Below, piece after piece: positions 37,906 to 48,300 of a stretch of 64,000 bases of DNA. The notes beneath the pieces are model-generated. The model did not search any database and was not told where the DNA came from. It saw only the letters and a program-made list of their open reading frames with translations. Origin of the DNA: an uncultured virus (IMG/VR IMGVR_UViG_3300044611_001416). Taxonomy: Duplodnaviria; Heunggongvirae; Uroviricota; Caudoviricetes. The DNA lies in the IMG/VR virus record IMGVR_UViG_3300044611_001416. One strand, written 5' to 3'. The position numbers and the translations under genes were made by a program. Positions within the stretch are counted from its first letter, which is position 1. Each line of letters opens with the position of its first letter.

Positions 37906-40338
37906 ATGATGTCATTAAAAATTAAAAAAAGAGGGGGCGATGAGGTGTCCTTTAATCCTCAGAAAATTTATCAGAGAGTTAAGAAAGCCGCTAAAGGGTT
38001 AAATGTTAATTCTGATGAAATTTTTATTAAAGTTATTACTTCGGTACCTACCGAGGGTAGTATAACAACAAAAGAGTTAGATAAGTTAGTGTACGAAATT
38101 GCGGCGGCATATACTGGTAGTCATCACGATTATTCAAGATTAGCTTCATCAGTTGCAATATCTTCATATCACAAAGAAACTAATCATAGTTTTAGTGAAA
38201 CAATGACAGAATTGTACAATAATGGTATTGTTAATGAGATATTAATGAAAACTATTGAAAAATATGGTTCAGAAAATATTGATAAAATAATTAATCATGA
38301 GAATGATTATAATTTTGATTATTTTGCTTGGCGCTCATTACAAGAAATGTATTTGTTAAAGTTATCTAGTGGTAAGGTTATTGAAAGACCACAACACATG
38401 TATATGAGAGTTGCCTTATGGGTGACTAAAACATTTGAAGAGGCAGTTGAATATTACAATTCATTATCAAATCAATTGATTTCACCAGCAACACCTATCA
38501 TGATTAATGCGGGGACAAAGACACCTCAGTTAGCGTCATGTGTATTACATTACAATAATTCCGATTCCCGCAAAGGTTTATTAGGGACATTGAGTGACAT
38601 TTCAACGTACTCCTCTGACGCGGCAGGTATCGGACTTTCAATGTCAAATATTAGAAGTAAAGAAAGTAGAATTTCAAGTTCAGGAGGATTTGCGGGTGGA
38701 CTTTTAAAATATTTAAAAATAGTTAATGAGTCACTTAGATTCTTTAACCAACAAGGTCGTAGACCAGGTAGTGCTGCTATCTATATTGAACCTTGGCATA
38801 AAGATATTATTGATTTATTAGAGATTAAGAAAAATACAGGTTCGGAAGAAATGAGAGCTCGTGATTTATTTACCGCACTTTGGATTCCTGATAATTTCAT
38901 GCGAGCGGTTGAAAATAATGATGATTGGTATTTATTCTGCCCTAACGACATTATCTCAAATAATATTAAACCATTACAAGAGTGTTATGGAAATGAGTAC
39001 GAAGAAAATTATAAATTAGCTGTCAGTAAAGGTCTTGGTAAAAAAGTTAAGGCTCAAGATATTTGGAATAAAATTATTGAATCTCAGATTGAAACTGGAG
39101 TCCCTTATTTATGTTCTAAAGATAATGCGAATAAGAAAACAAATCACCAAAATATTGGTGTGATTAAACAATCTAATTTGTGTAACGAGATTTATCAATT
39201 TACTGATGAGAATACTACCGCAATTTGTACCTTGTCTTCTATGGTTTTAAAGAACTTTATTATTGACGGTAAATTTGACTTTAGATTATTATACAGTGAG
39301 GTTAGAAAAGTTGTTAGAGCTTTAAATAAAGTTGTTGATATTAATAGCTACTCTACTGAAAAAGGACGTAAAGGTGGTCTTGAACAAAGAGCAATTGCGA
39401 TTGGAACTCAAGGTCTTGCGGATGTCTTTTATCTAATGGATTATATTTTTACTTCTGAAGAAGCAAAGTCATTGAATAAAGATATTTTTGAAACTATCTA
39501 TTATGCGGCTATCAGCGAAAGTAATGAATTATGTAGAACTGAAGAATACCAACCATACAAATTCTTTGAGGGGTCACCAATGTCTAAAGGAGAATTCCAA
39601 TTTGATATGTGGGGATTAAAAAAAGAAGGTTTATCGGGTTATTGGGATTGGGACACGTTAAAAGAAGACGTTAAAAAATATGGGGTATGTAACTCTTTAT
39701 TTACGGCACAAATGCCTGTTGCGTCTTCAGCTAAAATCACTGGGTCTTTTGAAATGACAGAACCGGCTCACTCAGCTTTGTTTAATAGACGTGTTGTTGG
39801 TGGAGAAATTTTGATTGTAAATAAATATTTAATCAATGATTTTGAAAAAATTGGTATTTGGTCTGAGGATTTAAAAAATGAAATAATTATGAATGAAGGT
39901 TCAGTTCAAGGGATTAACTTTAACCATTATTTAGACCCTGAAGACAAAAATTACAATAAAAAAGTTAAACGTATTGAACATCTACTTCCTAAGTACAAAA
40001 CTATATGGGAAATTTCCCAAAGAGATTTGATTGATATGGCTGCGGATAGAGGTCCTTTTATTGACCAATCACAATCAATGAATATCTACATGTCAGCACC
40101 AACATTACCTAAAATTTCGTCGGCACATTTTCATGGATGGAGACAAGGATTAAAAACTCTTTGTTATTATGTTAGAACTAAGGCGATTTCTACAGGAGCA
40201 AAACATTTAGCTATGGACATCTCTAAAGTTGAAAAACCAAAGATTGAAAAACAAATACCAAAATTGGATGTTATACCTTTTGACCCAACAATTAAACCAA
40301 AGGATTCAGAATTTGAATGTTTTGGATGTGGGTCTTAA
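37906..40338 (+). CDS. nrdA: Ribonucleotide reductase class Ia alpha subunit with ATP cone
   Basis: KIKKRGG ATP cone, QLASC, SNLCNEI, LKTLCYY, C-terminal CFGCGS. Confidence 0.95.
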   Translation: MMSLKIKKRGGDEVSFNPQKIYQRVKKAAKGLNVNSDEIFIKVITSVPTEGSITTKELDKLVYEIAAAYTGSHHDYSRLASSVAISSYHKETNHSFSETMTELYNNGIVNEILMKTIEKYGSENIDKIINHENDYNFDYFAWRSLQEMYLLKLSSGKVIERPQHMYMRVALWVTKTFEEAVEYYNSLSNQLISPATPIMINAGTKTPQLASCVLHYNNSDSRKGLLGTLSDISTYSSDAAGIGLSMSNIRSKESRISSSGGFAGGLLKYLKIVNESLRFFNQQGRRPGSAAIYIEPWHKDIIDLLEIKKNTGSEEMRARDLFTALWIPDNFMRAVENNDDWYLFCPNDIISNNIKPLQECYGNEYEENYKLAVSKGLGKKVKAQDIWNKIIESQIETGVPYLCSKDNANKKTNHQNIGVIKQSNLCNEIYQFTDENTTAICTLSSMVLKNFIIDGKFDFRLLYSEVRKVVRALNKVVDINSYSTEKGRKGGLEQRAIAIGTQGLADVFYLMDYIFTSEEAKSLNKDIFETIYYAAISESNELCRTEEYQPYKFFEGSPMSKGEFQFDMWGLKKEGLSGYWDWDTLKEDVKKYGVCNSLFTAQMPVASSAKITGSFEMTEPAHSALFNRRVVGGEILIVNKYLINDFEKIGIWSEDLKNEIIMNEGSVQGINFNHYLDPEDKNYNKKVKRIEHLLPKYKTIWEISQRDLIDMAADRGPFIDQSQSMNIYMSAPTLPKISSAHFHGWRQGLKTLCYYVRTKAISTGAKHLAMDISKVEKPKIEKQIPKLDVIPFDPTIKPKDSEFECFGCGS

Positions 40339-40362
40339 TATAAAATAGAAAATTACAACATT

Positions 40363-40389
40363 AATCACGGCAAACTGTCGTGATTTTTT
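40363..40389 (+). terminator. Rho-independent terminator after nrdA
   Basis: AATCACGGCA-aac-TGTCGTGATT followed by a T run. Confidence 0.7.
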
Positions 40390-40436
40390 ATTTTACTCTA
40401 TTTATAAGAAATAATCACGACACTATATTTATTGAT

Positions 40437-40895
40437 ATGGCAAATGGAACTACATATGGGATTAATTTTCCTTTTAGAGATTCTTATGATGGTAAGTATT
40501 TAGACCTTTCTGAGGTAAATGATGAAGAAATCAGAACTGATTTAATTCATCTTTTATTGACTAGAAAAGGTACTCGATATTATTTACCTGATTTTGGTAC
40601 AAGACTATATGAGTTTATATTTGAACCTTTAGATGGACCTACGTTTTCAGAAATTGAAGCGGAGATTAGAGCCTCTGTTGAAGAGTATATTCCAGGAATA
40701 ACAATTACTAAGATTGACATAAGTGCGGCTTCCGAAGGGGAGGAAAATAAAGGTACTTATATAAACGACAACGACGAAAGAGTTTACCGAGTTTCTGATA
40801 TTGGAACTTTAGAACATACTGCAAGAGTTAAAATTGATTACATCATTACTAATGATGCTTTTAACAATTCAGATTTTGTAATTATAAATATTTAA
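40437..40895 (+). CDS. Baseplate wedge protein (gp25/gpW-like)
   Basis: GINFPF, LLLTRKGTRYYLPDFGTRLYEFIFEP; ATG 40437 follows TATTTAT. Confidence 0.85.
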   Translation: MANGTTYGINFPFRDSYDGKYLDLSEVNDEEIRTDLIHLLLTRKGTRYYLPDFGTRLYEFIFEPLDGPTFSEIEAEIRASVEEYIPGITITKIDISAASEGEENKGTYINDNDERVYRVSDIGTLEHTARVKIDYIITNDAFNNSDFVIINI

Positions 40896-40901
40896 TGATA
40901 T

Positions 40902-42740
40902 ATGGCTAACAAGAAAATATCATACACAACTAGAGACTTCCAATCAATTAGAACTGAGTTAATAAATTTTACAAGAACTTATTATCCTGACACTATTGAT
41001 AACTTTAACGACGCCTCAGTTTTTTCAGTATTGTTGGACTTAAACGCAGCTGTAACTGACAACTTACAATTTAACATTGATAGAAGTGTTCAGGAAACTG
41101 TATTACAATATGCACAACAAAGGTCATCAATTTTTAATATTGCAAGAACTTACGGATTAAAAGTTCCTGGACTTAGACCGTCAGTCTCATTAGTTGACTT
41201 TTCAATTACGGTACCCGCATTTGGGGATAAGGAAGATTTAAGATACTGTGGTATCTTAAGAAGAGGTTCCCAAGCTAATGGTGCTGGTCAAGTTTTTGAA
41301 ACAATTTACGATATTGACTTTACATCAGCAATAAACGCCGAAGGTTATCCTAATAGATTAAAAATACCTAATTTTGATTCTAATAATAAATTAATTAATT
41401 ATACCATTGTTAAAAGAGAAACTGTTGTTAATGGTATTACAAAAGTTTTTAAAAGAGTTATAACATCGTCTGATGTTAAACCATTTTTAGAAATATTTTT
41501 ACCTGAAAAAAATGTATTAGGGGTTACAAGTGTTTTATTAAAAGATGGTACGCAATACGCTAATATTCCTACTACCCAAGAATTTTTAGGTTCCAACAAT
41601 AGATGGTATGAAGTTAAAGCGTTAGTTGAAGATAGAGTATTTATTGAAGACCCAACAAAAGTTTCTGATAATCCGGGAATTAAAGTGGGTAAGTACGTCC
41701 AAACAAATGATAAATTTATTACTGAGTACACACCTGAAGGATTTTTTAAAATGACATATGGTGGTGGTAGTCAATCTGCGGATGAACAATTAAGGGAGTT
41801 TGCAAAAAATGGGTTCACATTAGATTTAAATAAATATTCAAATAACTTTGCTTTAGGTAGTGTTCTTAAAGCTAATAGTACATTATTTGTACAATACCGA
41901 GTTGGTGGTGGAACAGGAACTAATTTAGGTGTTAATATTATTAATCAAATAGGCACAGTTTCATTCTTTGTTAATGGTCCATCAGAATCAGTTAATACAA
42001 GTGTTGTTAATTCATTACGTTGTACTAACGTTGTTGCCGCAATTGGTGGGGCAAATTACCCAACAACAGAAGAAGTTAGAAACTTAGTGGCTTTTAACTT
42101 TGCGGCTCAAAATAGAGCAGTAACGGTTAATGACTACGATTCTATAATTAGAACAATGCCGTCACAATTTGGGGCACCTGCTAAAGTTGCGATTACCGAA
42201 GAAAATAATAAAATTAAAATTCAGATGTTATCTTATGACGAATCTGGTAATTTAACTGAAATTGTGTCAAACACATTAAAAAATAACGTTGCTAACTACC
42301 TATCAAACTATAGAATGATTAATGATTACATTTCTATTCAAAGTGCTAATGTTGTTGATTTAGGTGTTACTATTGATGTGGTGTTAGATAATAGTCAAAA
42401 CCAAGGGGCGGTTATTTCTCAAATAATTACTATTGTATCTGAGTTCTTTAGTCCTGGTAACAGACAGATGGGGGAAAATGTGTATGTGTCCGACCTTAGA
42501 AGATTAGTCCAAAGTGAAAACGGGGTTATTGCGGTTTCAGATATGTTATTCTTTAACAAGGTTGGTGGTCAATATTCTTCATCACAAACATCACAATCTT
42601 ATATAGACACTAATACGAAACAGATTGGTTTAGTTGACGATACTATTTTTGCTGAACCAAGTCAGACCTATCAAATCCGATATCCCAACAAAGATATCAA
42701 CATCAGAGTCAAAAATCTAAAAACGGTTAATTTTTCTTGA
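40902..42740 (+). CDS. Baseplate wedge protein (gp6/baseplate J-like)
   Basis: YTTRDFQSIR, AQQRSSIFNIARTYG, YRVGGG, AQNRAVTVNDY. Confidence 0.85.
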   Translation: MANKKISYTTRDFQSIRTELINFTRTYYPDTIDNFNDASVFSVLLDLNAAVTDNLQFNIDRSVQETVLQYAQQRSSIFNIARTYGLKVPGLRPSVSLVDFSITVPAFGDKEDLRYCGILRRGSQANGAGQVFETIYDIDFTSAINAEGYPNRLKIPNFDSNNKLINYTIVKRETVVNGITKVFKRVITSSDVKPFLEIFLPEKNVLGVTSVLLKDGTQYANIPTTQEFLGSNNRWYEVKALVEDRVFIEDPTKVSDNPGIKVGKYVQTNDKFITEYTPEGFFKMTYGGGSQSADEQLREFAKNGFTLDLNKYSNNFALGSVLKANSTLFVQYRVGGGTGTNLGVNIINQIGTVSFFVNGPSESVNTSVVNSLRCTNVVAAIGGANYPTTEEVRNLVAFNFAAQNRAVTVNDYDSIIRTMPSQFGAPAKVAITEENNKIKIQMLSYDESGNLTEIVSNTLKNNVANYLSNYRMINDYISIQSANVVDLGVTIDVVLDNSQNQGAVISQIITIVSEFFSPGNRQMGENVYVSDLRRLVQSENGVIAVSDMLFFNKVGGQYSSSQTSQSYIDTNTKQIGLVDDTIFAEPSQTYQIRYPNKDINIRVKNLKTVNFS

Positions 42741-42812
42741 TAATTTATTTTCAAAATAAATGAATTATCATTTGAAAATAGTATATAAACTATTTATCAA
42801 AAAAAGACCAAT

Positions 42813-45800
42813 ATGTCCAACTCGTATAGAATAAGAACCAAACCTGGTGTTGATAGCTCAATTAAGATTTTAATTGACCAAGAGTTTGAATATTTAGAGA
42901 TTCTTTCTCTAAAAATATTACAAAGCCAAATTTACACAAGACAGTGTTCCGACTATGGAGTTATTGTTGGTAGAGTTAGTATTAATAATGGTTTTGGTAT
43001 TCCTAACGCAAAAGTATCTGTTTTCATACCTTTGGACAGTATGGACGAAAACGACCCTGTTATTTCTGAGTTATATCCTTACAAAACTTTATCAGATTTA
43101 AATGAAGATGGGTATAGATATAATTTATTACCTTATAAACAACAACATCCAGGTCATAATCCTACGGGGACCTTCTTTACAAGAGAAGATGTGTTAATCA
43201 ACCCAACTCTTATTGAAGTTTACGACAAGTACTATAAGTATAATGCGATAACTAATGACAGTGGGGATTATATGATATTTGGGGTACCTGTAGGGGCTCA
43301 AACGGTTGTTGTTGACCTTGACCTTTCAGATATTGGTGAGTTCTCTTTAGCACCACAAGATTTAATTAGAATGGGGATTACTACAGAATCACAAGTTTCT
43401 GGGACAAACTTTAAATCATCTACAAATTTACGAGAATTACCTCAAATCATTACTTTCGTTAGAAACCTTGAAGTTGAACCATTATGGGGTCAACCTGAAA
43501 TTTGTAATTTAGGTATTACAAGAACTGATTTTGATTTATCCGCAGAATTTAATATTAACATTACACCTACCGCGATTTTTATGGGTTCTTTAGTATCATC
43601 TATAGAAGAACAGTATGTTAAGAAGAGTTGTAAACCAACCTTAACCTCAGGGGCGCTTTGTTCTTTAGTTGCGGGGCCTGGTGAGATATTAGCAATTAGA
43701 CACACAATTGCTCAAGATTCTAACGGACGACCTATATTAGAAACAATTGATTTGGAATCAGGGGGACAAGTTATTGATGAAAATGGTACTTGGCTTGTGG
43801 ATTTGCCGATGAACTTGGATTATGTTATCACTAATGAGTTTGGTGAACAAGTTATTTCAGACAACCCAAAAAATGGTATCCCAACAAAAGGTAGGTATCG
43901 ATTTAAAGTTAAATGGAACCAATCACCATCAGTTTCTGCTGACCCTATTAAAAGGGGGTATTTTTTAGTTCCAAATATTAAAGAGTACGGGTGGAAAAAA
44001 ATTGGAAATATTAACGTAGACCCACTTACTAATAATACCGCAACTGCCTTAAATCGAGACGCGGCACAAAGGTCATACGCGTTCAGTTTAGATTGGGCGG
44101 ATTATGGATTAACGGGGACATCCATGGGTAATCAGATGATTGATGAGGCGATTAGGTGTGAAGATAAATTTTACGAGTTTCAATACAATAAGGTTTATAC
44201 TGTATCACAATTAATTACTCAATATAGAAATGGGTATGGTAACTGGAGAATTATTGCGATAAAAGATATTTTAGATAGTGATGTTAAATGTTCTAGCGAC
44301 AATAATAAGTTTCCAACAAATGATGCGGTATATAGATTTGATTTAATTTATCTCCTATTTACGATAATGATGTTTGTTTTTAGACCGATATTATATGTGT
44401 TATTACTAATAGTACACATTTTAGCTTTTTTTTTAATGCTTATTGGCCCTATATTAGCAATCATCGCGATAGTTGTCTATCTTGTTGTTATTACTATCTG
44501 TACATTTATTAATGGGGTGATATGGGTGATTAACGGAATTCCTTTTGTTAGTCTTGATTACTTGGATTGTCCTGATGTTAAGGATATTAAGGAAACGGTT
44601 AACCTCCTGTTAAATTTATATAAAAAATTTACTAATTTAAGACTCCCTAATTTATCATATCCCGACTGTGAATTCTGTCAATGTACTGATGGAGACGCAA
44701 TCGTAATTGACAATGCTGATTATCCAGATGCGGTAGCTAATGTTGCACAAACCGCTCAAGAAGCTGGTGCTAATGCGGTTTTAAGTCCCTTTGAACTTTC
44801 AACAAGTTATAACGCGGCCTCACCATATAATACGGATAACCTTGTTTATGAGCAGTTATTTGCGGGGACATCATTAGGTAATGCTAACCAAGCAAATAAT
44901 CCATTAACACCTCAAACACGTGCACCAAAACTTATACCAGTGTCGGGTGGCGTGAGTAATCAAGGTAATGATTATGAGTTTACAACAAGTTTAACTCAAG
45001 CGGAAAGATTAAATTTATTTAATACTAAAGCAAAGTTTTTCAGAAACGACATTAATAATAATCCTGGTGGTGGTGTTAATATAATTAACGTTTCATTTAA
45101 TCCTAACGATATTGGTGTTACTCACCAAGATAATGTTATCGTACTTATGGTAGACCCTAGCGCGGCGGAAACTTTTCTACCTGGTAATTTAATAACTTTT
45201 CAAGACCCTGCAAACTCTACTGACCCTAATATGACAGGGTTTACGTCTATTAATGATTATGGTACTACGAGTAGTACAGGTACTACGGTTAATAATAAAC
45301 CAGGTAGTACTTCAAATGTTGGTAATATTACAGTCCAATATGCCGATTATACAAACGGTAATGGTCCTGCATTGACTAAAACATATACTAGTCAACAAGC
45401 TGATAATGATGCGCAGTACGCAAAATTCCCAATGGATGTTGAGTATTTCCAAGTAATTACCGCACAGACTTATTCCGACTATTTTACAATATGTAACCAA
45501 CCAGGAAGTTTTGGTGCTTATCATGGTTTAATAAATAGATTTATTAATAACCATATGAAATTCAATAGAATTTATGGTAAATCTTTTGGGTCAGGATTTT
45601 GGATAAATGAGTTAAATATTAATTATCCCGGCGCATTTCCACTAATAAAACCTAGTCTTTATTTCCCTGAATTTAATGAACAAATTGTTGTTTTTTTAGT
45701 TAGAGGGGTTGACCCGTATTCTACAAGAAGTAATTGTGAATACGACCTCAGTGTTTTGTATGGTGATGTTGTGACAGCTTCTTCAATTTCTAATACATGG

Positions 45801-48299
45801 GGTTTTACTAACAGAGTAAAAGTTACTAGTGGTGTTGGTGGGGCGCCTAAATATCATTTAAATCAACCAATTAAACCTGGTTTTAAAAATATTAGACATA
45901 ATTTAACAAATAATTTTGATACCGATACTTATAGTGGTCAAAAATTATATTTTGATTCCTTCCATTATCAACCGAGTCCGACTGGCCCCGCGGCTTTTAG
46001 TGGATTTAATTCTAATTTACAAACTTACTATTCTTCATTAGATAATGGTAGTATGTCGTTCACACCTCAAGTTGGTACTCCTAGTTTAGAGACTGGTTTT
46101 AATTCTGACACAACTTACGGTGTTAATGTTGATGGTAACATTAATTACTTTGCTAGAGAATTTAATTCACAACCAGGTTTAATTGACCCAAATACAAATA
46201 ACTACCTCGCTCCCATAAACCCTTATAATGTTCCAAACACTAATTTTCCCAACACTGTAAGTCGTGGATATTACGATAATGAAATTATTGAAGGAGGGTC
46301 TGGAATGTATTGTCAAACTTTTGTAAGAGCACTTAGCGTAGCGGCAAGTATAGGTGGAACCTACGACTATAAATCATATTATTATGCACCAAAATACCCT
46401 ATTGCTAACATGTCATATAATTTGGGTGGTAGTCGAAAAATAATAATGAGGTCAGATAGATTACCTACATCTACTACATTACAAAACAATTTAAATAATA
46501 GTTTTGCATTACATAACAATGTTAATTTCTCAGTATATTCAATTAGTGATGATGGTACTTCAGTGCAAGCTCAAGGTGTTGGTGGCGGCCAATCGGGAAG
46601 TATAACGGGTAATACTGCGGACTCATTAAGTGATGGTGAGACGGAACCTCAAATTATTAGTTCAGTTATTGACTCATTCAACTGTGGGGCGATGATTAAT
46701 TTAGACTGTTATAAAGAGGTTAATGGAGAGTTAGTTGTTGATTATACAGGGCCTTGTGGGTATACCTTTTGGAACAAGAAACTGGTGACAAAGGGATGTT
46801 ATACTTTTATAACTACAATTTTTTTATCATTAGTCTCAGACTTTAAATTATTAACCGAGTGGGTTAGTCGTTTATTAATAACATTTGCCGCATGTCGAAA
46901 CGTGTGGGGACATCTGTTCACAAATAATTGGATTAATGGTACTTTATACGCATTTAATTTTAATAATGATGTCACATTTACATCTCCATTATCACCAAAT
47001 CCAAATCAAGCAAGATATTCTTATTGTGATGATGTGGTTATATTACATAATAATACTAACAATTTTTATTATAGAAGTAGCCCATGGGACCGAATTGAGT
47101 TTATTGGACAAAATAGAGCAACACCAAATACTTTTACTTCGGCATTATTTGGGGGGTATGGTGGAAATATGTATAATTTATTATACCCAACGACCATTAT
47201 GGATTTAGGTCCAAGAAATGATTATTTACAAGATATTGTAATGTCAGATAAATATGATGGATATGTTGCTAATAAATTAAAATCAACTACTTTCTCAGAT
47301 GTTACTGAATTATTAAATTTGTTCGTAATTACTAGGTTGGCTAATTCAAGTTTCTTACAACTATTAATTGGTGGAGGAAATGTGTTCTCATATTTTAGTA
47401 GAGTTAAAAATATGGTTGATGGGGATTACGCTCAGTCGATTTCAATTAATTCAGAACTTGGAGTTGCACCATTTCAATCGGCAAATTACCCCGACAGACC
47501 TGGACAAGATTCTATTTATATTAATACGCTTTCAGATGATGACCAAGTATTTGGAATATTCTATCAATCAGATACAAGACTAAGAGATTTAATTAGCCCA
47601 AAAAGGACAATTATTGACGATACTGTTCCGGCAACTAATGTGTGCGCGTTTAGTAATATTGAAGTTTCTTCCCAAGACGTTCCATTTTATCAATGGGAAG
47701 TTAGGACAAATAAAGTTGGTTCAAACGATAGTATTTTTGGTAGTCAAGTTAATGGGTGGATGACTGACCCGTTATCTACAACTAGTTTCTTTACTAAGAA
47801 ATATCAAAGTTTAGATAGAATAGAATCAGCGTCAAGATATTTTAGAACTAATTCTACCGCAATGACTAAGTACTTTAAGGGTTATCTATATAGTGTTGAA
47901 CCAAAGACCGTTACAGGTGTTTGTAGTATTTTTGGTAATGTTTTAACAATTTATTCTCCCATTCCACAACTTTTACAAGAAGGGTTTGTATTAAGTGCCG
48001 CAGGGATTATTCCAAATACTACGATAATAAGTCAATTAACTGTAGCATTACCAAGTACTGTTGCGGGTGGTTCAGGTACTTATCTTATTGATACTCCGCA
48101 AAATTTTGTTGGAGGGCCATTTACCGCAGTAGGGTTTATATATAGTGCGGATATTATCACTCAAGACCAAAACACCCCTAAAGGTAGAGTAATAAACACA
48201 GGAGCTCCTTTCTATTTCTATTTTGGTTTGAAGAGAGGTGGTACCGCATTTGATAGATTTGTGATTAAATGGGTCGATACTAATGATATAACTGCGTAA
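42813..48299 (+). CDS. Large virion-associated protein with internal hydrophobic (TM-like) segment
   Basis: 1828 aa; N-terminal GRVSINNGFGIPNAKVSVF beta-sandwich-like region; about 70-aa hydrophobic stretch. Confidence 0.6.
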   Translation: MSNSYRIRTKPGVDSSIKILIDQEFEYLEILSLKILQSQIYTRQCSDYGVIVGRVSINNGFGIPNAKVSVFIPLDSMDENDPVISELYPYKTLSDLNEDGYRYNLLPYKQQHPGHNPTGTFFTREDVLINPTLIEVYDKYYKYNAITNDSGDYMIFGVPVGAQTVVVDLDLSDIGEFSLAPQDLIRMGITTESQVSGTNFKSSTNLRELPQIITFVRNLEVEPLWGQPEICNLGITRTDFDLSAEFNINITPTAIFMGSLVSSIEEQYVKKSCKPTLTSGALCSLVAGPGEILAIRHTIAQDSNGRPILETIDLESGGQVIDENGTWLVDLPMNLDYVITNEFGEQVISDNPKNGIPTKGRYRFKVKWNQSPSVSADPIKRGYFLVPNIKEYGWKKIGNINVDPLTNNTATALNRDAAQRSYAFSLDWADYGLTGTSMGNQMIDEAIRCEDKFYEFQYNKVYTVSQLITQYRNGYGNWRIIAIKDILDSDVKCSSDNNKFPTNDAVYRFDLIYLLFTIMMFVFRPILYVLLLIVHILAFFLMLIGPILAIIAIVVYLVVITICTFINGVIWVINGIPFVSLDYLDCPDVKDIKETVNLLLNLYKKFTNLRLPNLSYPDCEFCQCTDGDAIVIDNADYPDAVANVAQTAQEAGANAVLSPFELSTSYNAASPYNTDNLVYEQLFAGTSLGNANQANNPLTPQTRAPKLIPVSGGVSNQGNDYEFTTSLTQAERLNLFNTKAKFFRNDINNNPGGGVNIINVSFNPNDIGVTHQDNVIVLMVDPSAAETFLPGNLITFQDPANSTDPNMTGFTSINDYGTTSSTGTTVNNKPGSTSNVGNITVQYADYTNGNGPALTKTYTSQQADNDAQYAKFPMDVEYFQVITAQTYSDYFTICNQPGSFGAYHGLINRFINNHMKFNRIYGKSFGSGFWINELNINYPGAFPLIKPSLYFPEFNEQIVVFLVRGVDPYSTRSNCEYDLSVLYGDVVTASSISNTWGFTNRVKVTSGVGGAPKYHLNQPIKPGFKNIRHNLTNNFDTDTYSGQKLYFDSFHYQPSPTGPAAFSGFNSNLQTYYSSLDNGSMSFTPQVGTPSLETGFNSDTTYGVNVDGNINYFAREFNSQPGLIDPNTNNYLAPINPYNVPNTNFPNTVSRGYYDNEIIEGGSGMYCQTFVRALSVAASIGGTYDYKSYYYAPKYPIANMSYNLGGSRKIIMRSDRLPTSTTLQNNLNNSFALHNNVNFSVYSISDDGTSVQAQGVGGGQSGSITGNTADSLSDGETEPQIISSVIDSFNCGAMINLDCYKEVNGELVVDYTGPCGYTFWNKKLVTKGCYTFITTIFLSLVSDFKLLTEWVSRLLITFAACRNVWGHLFTNNWINGTLYAFNFNNDVTFTSPLSPNPNQARYSYCDDVVILHNNTNNFYYRSSPWDRIEFIGQNRATPNTFTSALFGGYGGNMYNLLYPTTIMDLGPRNDYLQDIVMSDKYDGYVANKLKSTTFSDVTELLNLFVITRLANSSFLQLLIGGGNVFSYFSRVKNMVDGDYAQSISINSELGVAPFQSANYPDRPGQDSIYINTLSDDDQVFGIFYQSDTRLRDLISPKRTIIDDTVPATNVCAFSNIEVSSQDVPFYQWEVRTNKVGSNDSIFGSQVNGWMTDPLSTTSFFTKKYQSLDRIESASRYFRTNSTAMTKYFKGYLYSVEPKTVTGVCSIFGNVLTIYSPIPQLLQEGFVLSAAGIIPNTTIISQLTVALPSTVAGGSGTYLIDTPQNFVGGPFTAVGFIYSADIITQDQNTPKGRVINTGAPFYFYFGLKRGGTAFDRFVIKWVDTNDITA

Positions 48300-48300
48300 T

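Noticed and set aside
36948..40338. Eukaryote-like RNR and PolB suggesting a giant eukaryotic virus
   Set aside because: Contractile tail genes, coupled operons and intrinsic terminators indicate a bacteriophage; this RNR type also occurs in bacteria
778..40338. Inteins or introns in polB, helicases or nrdA/nrdB
   Set aside because: Frames are continuous, lengths ordinary, and no intein splice or LAGLIDADG motifs were noticed
42738..42780. Nested AT-rich inverted repeats / Fur-box-like sequence before 42813
   Set aside because: Almost all A/T, so expected by chance in this genome, and no iron-related gene follows
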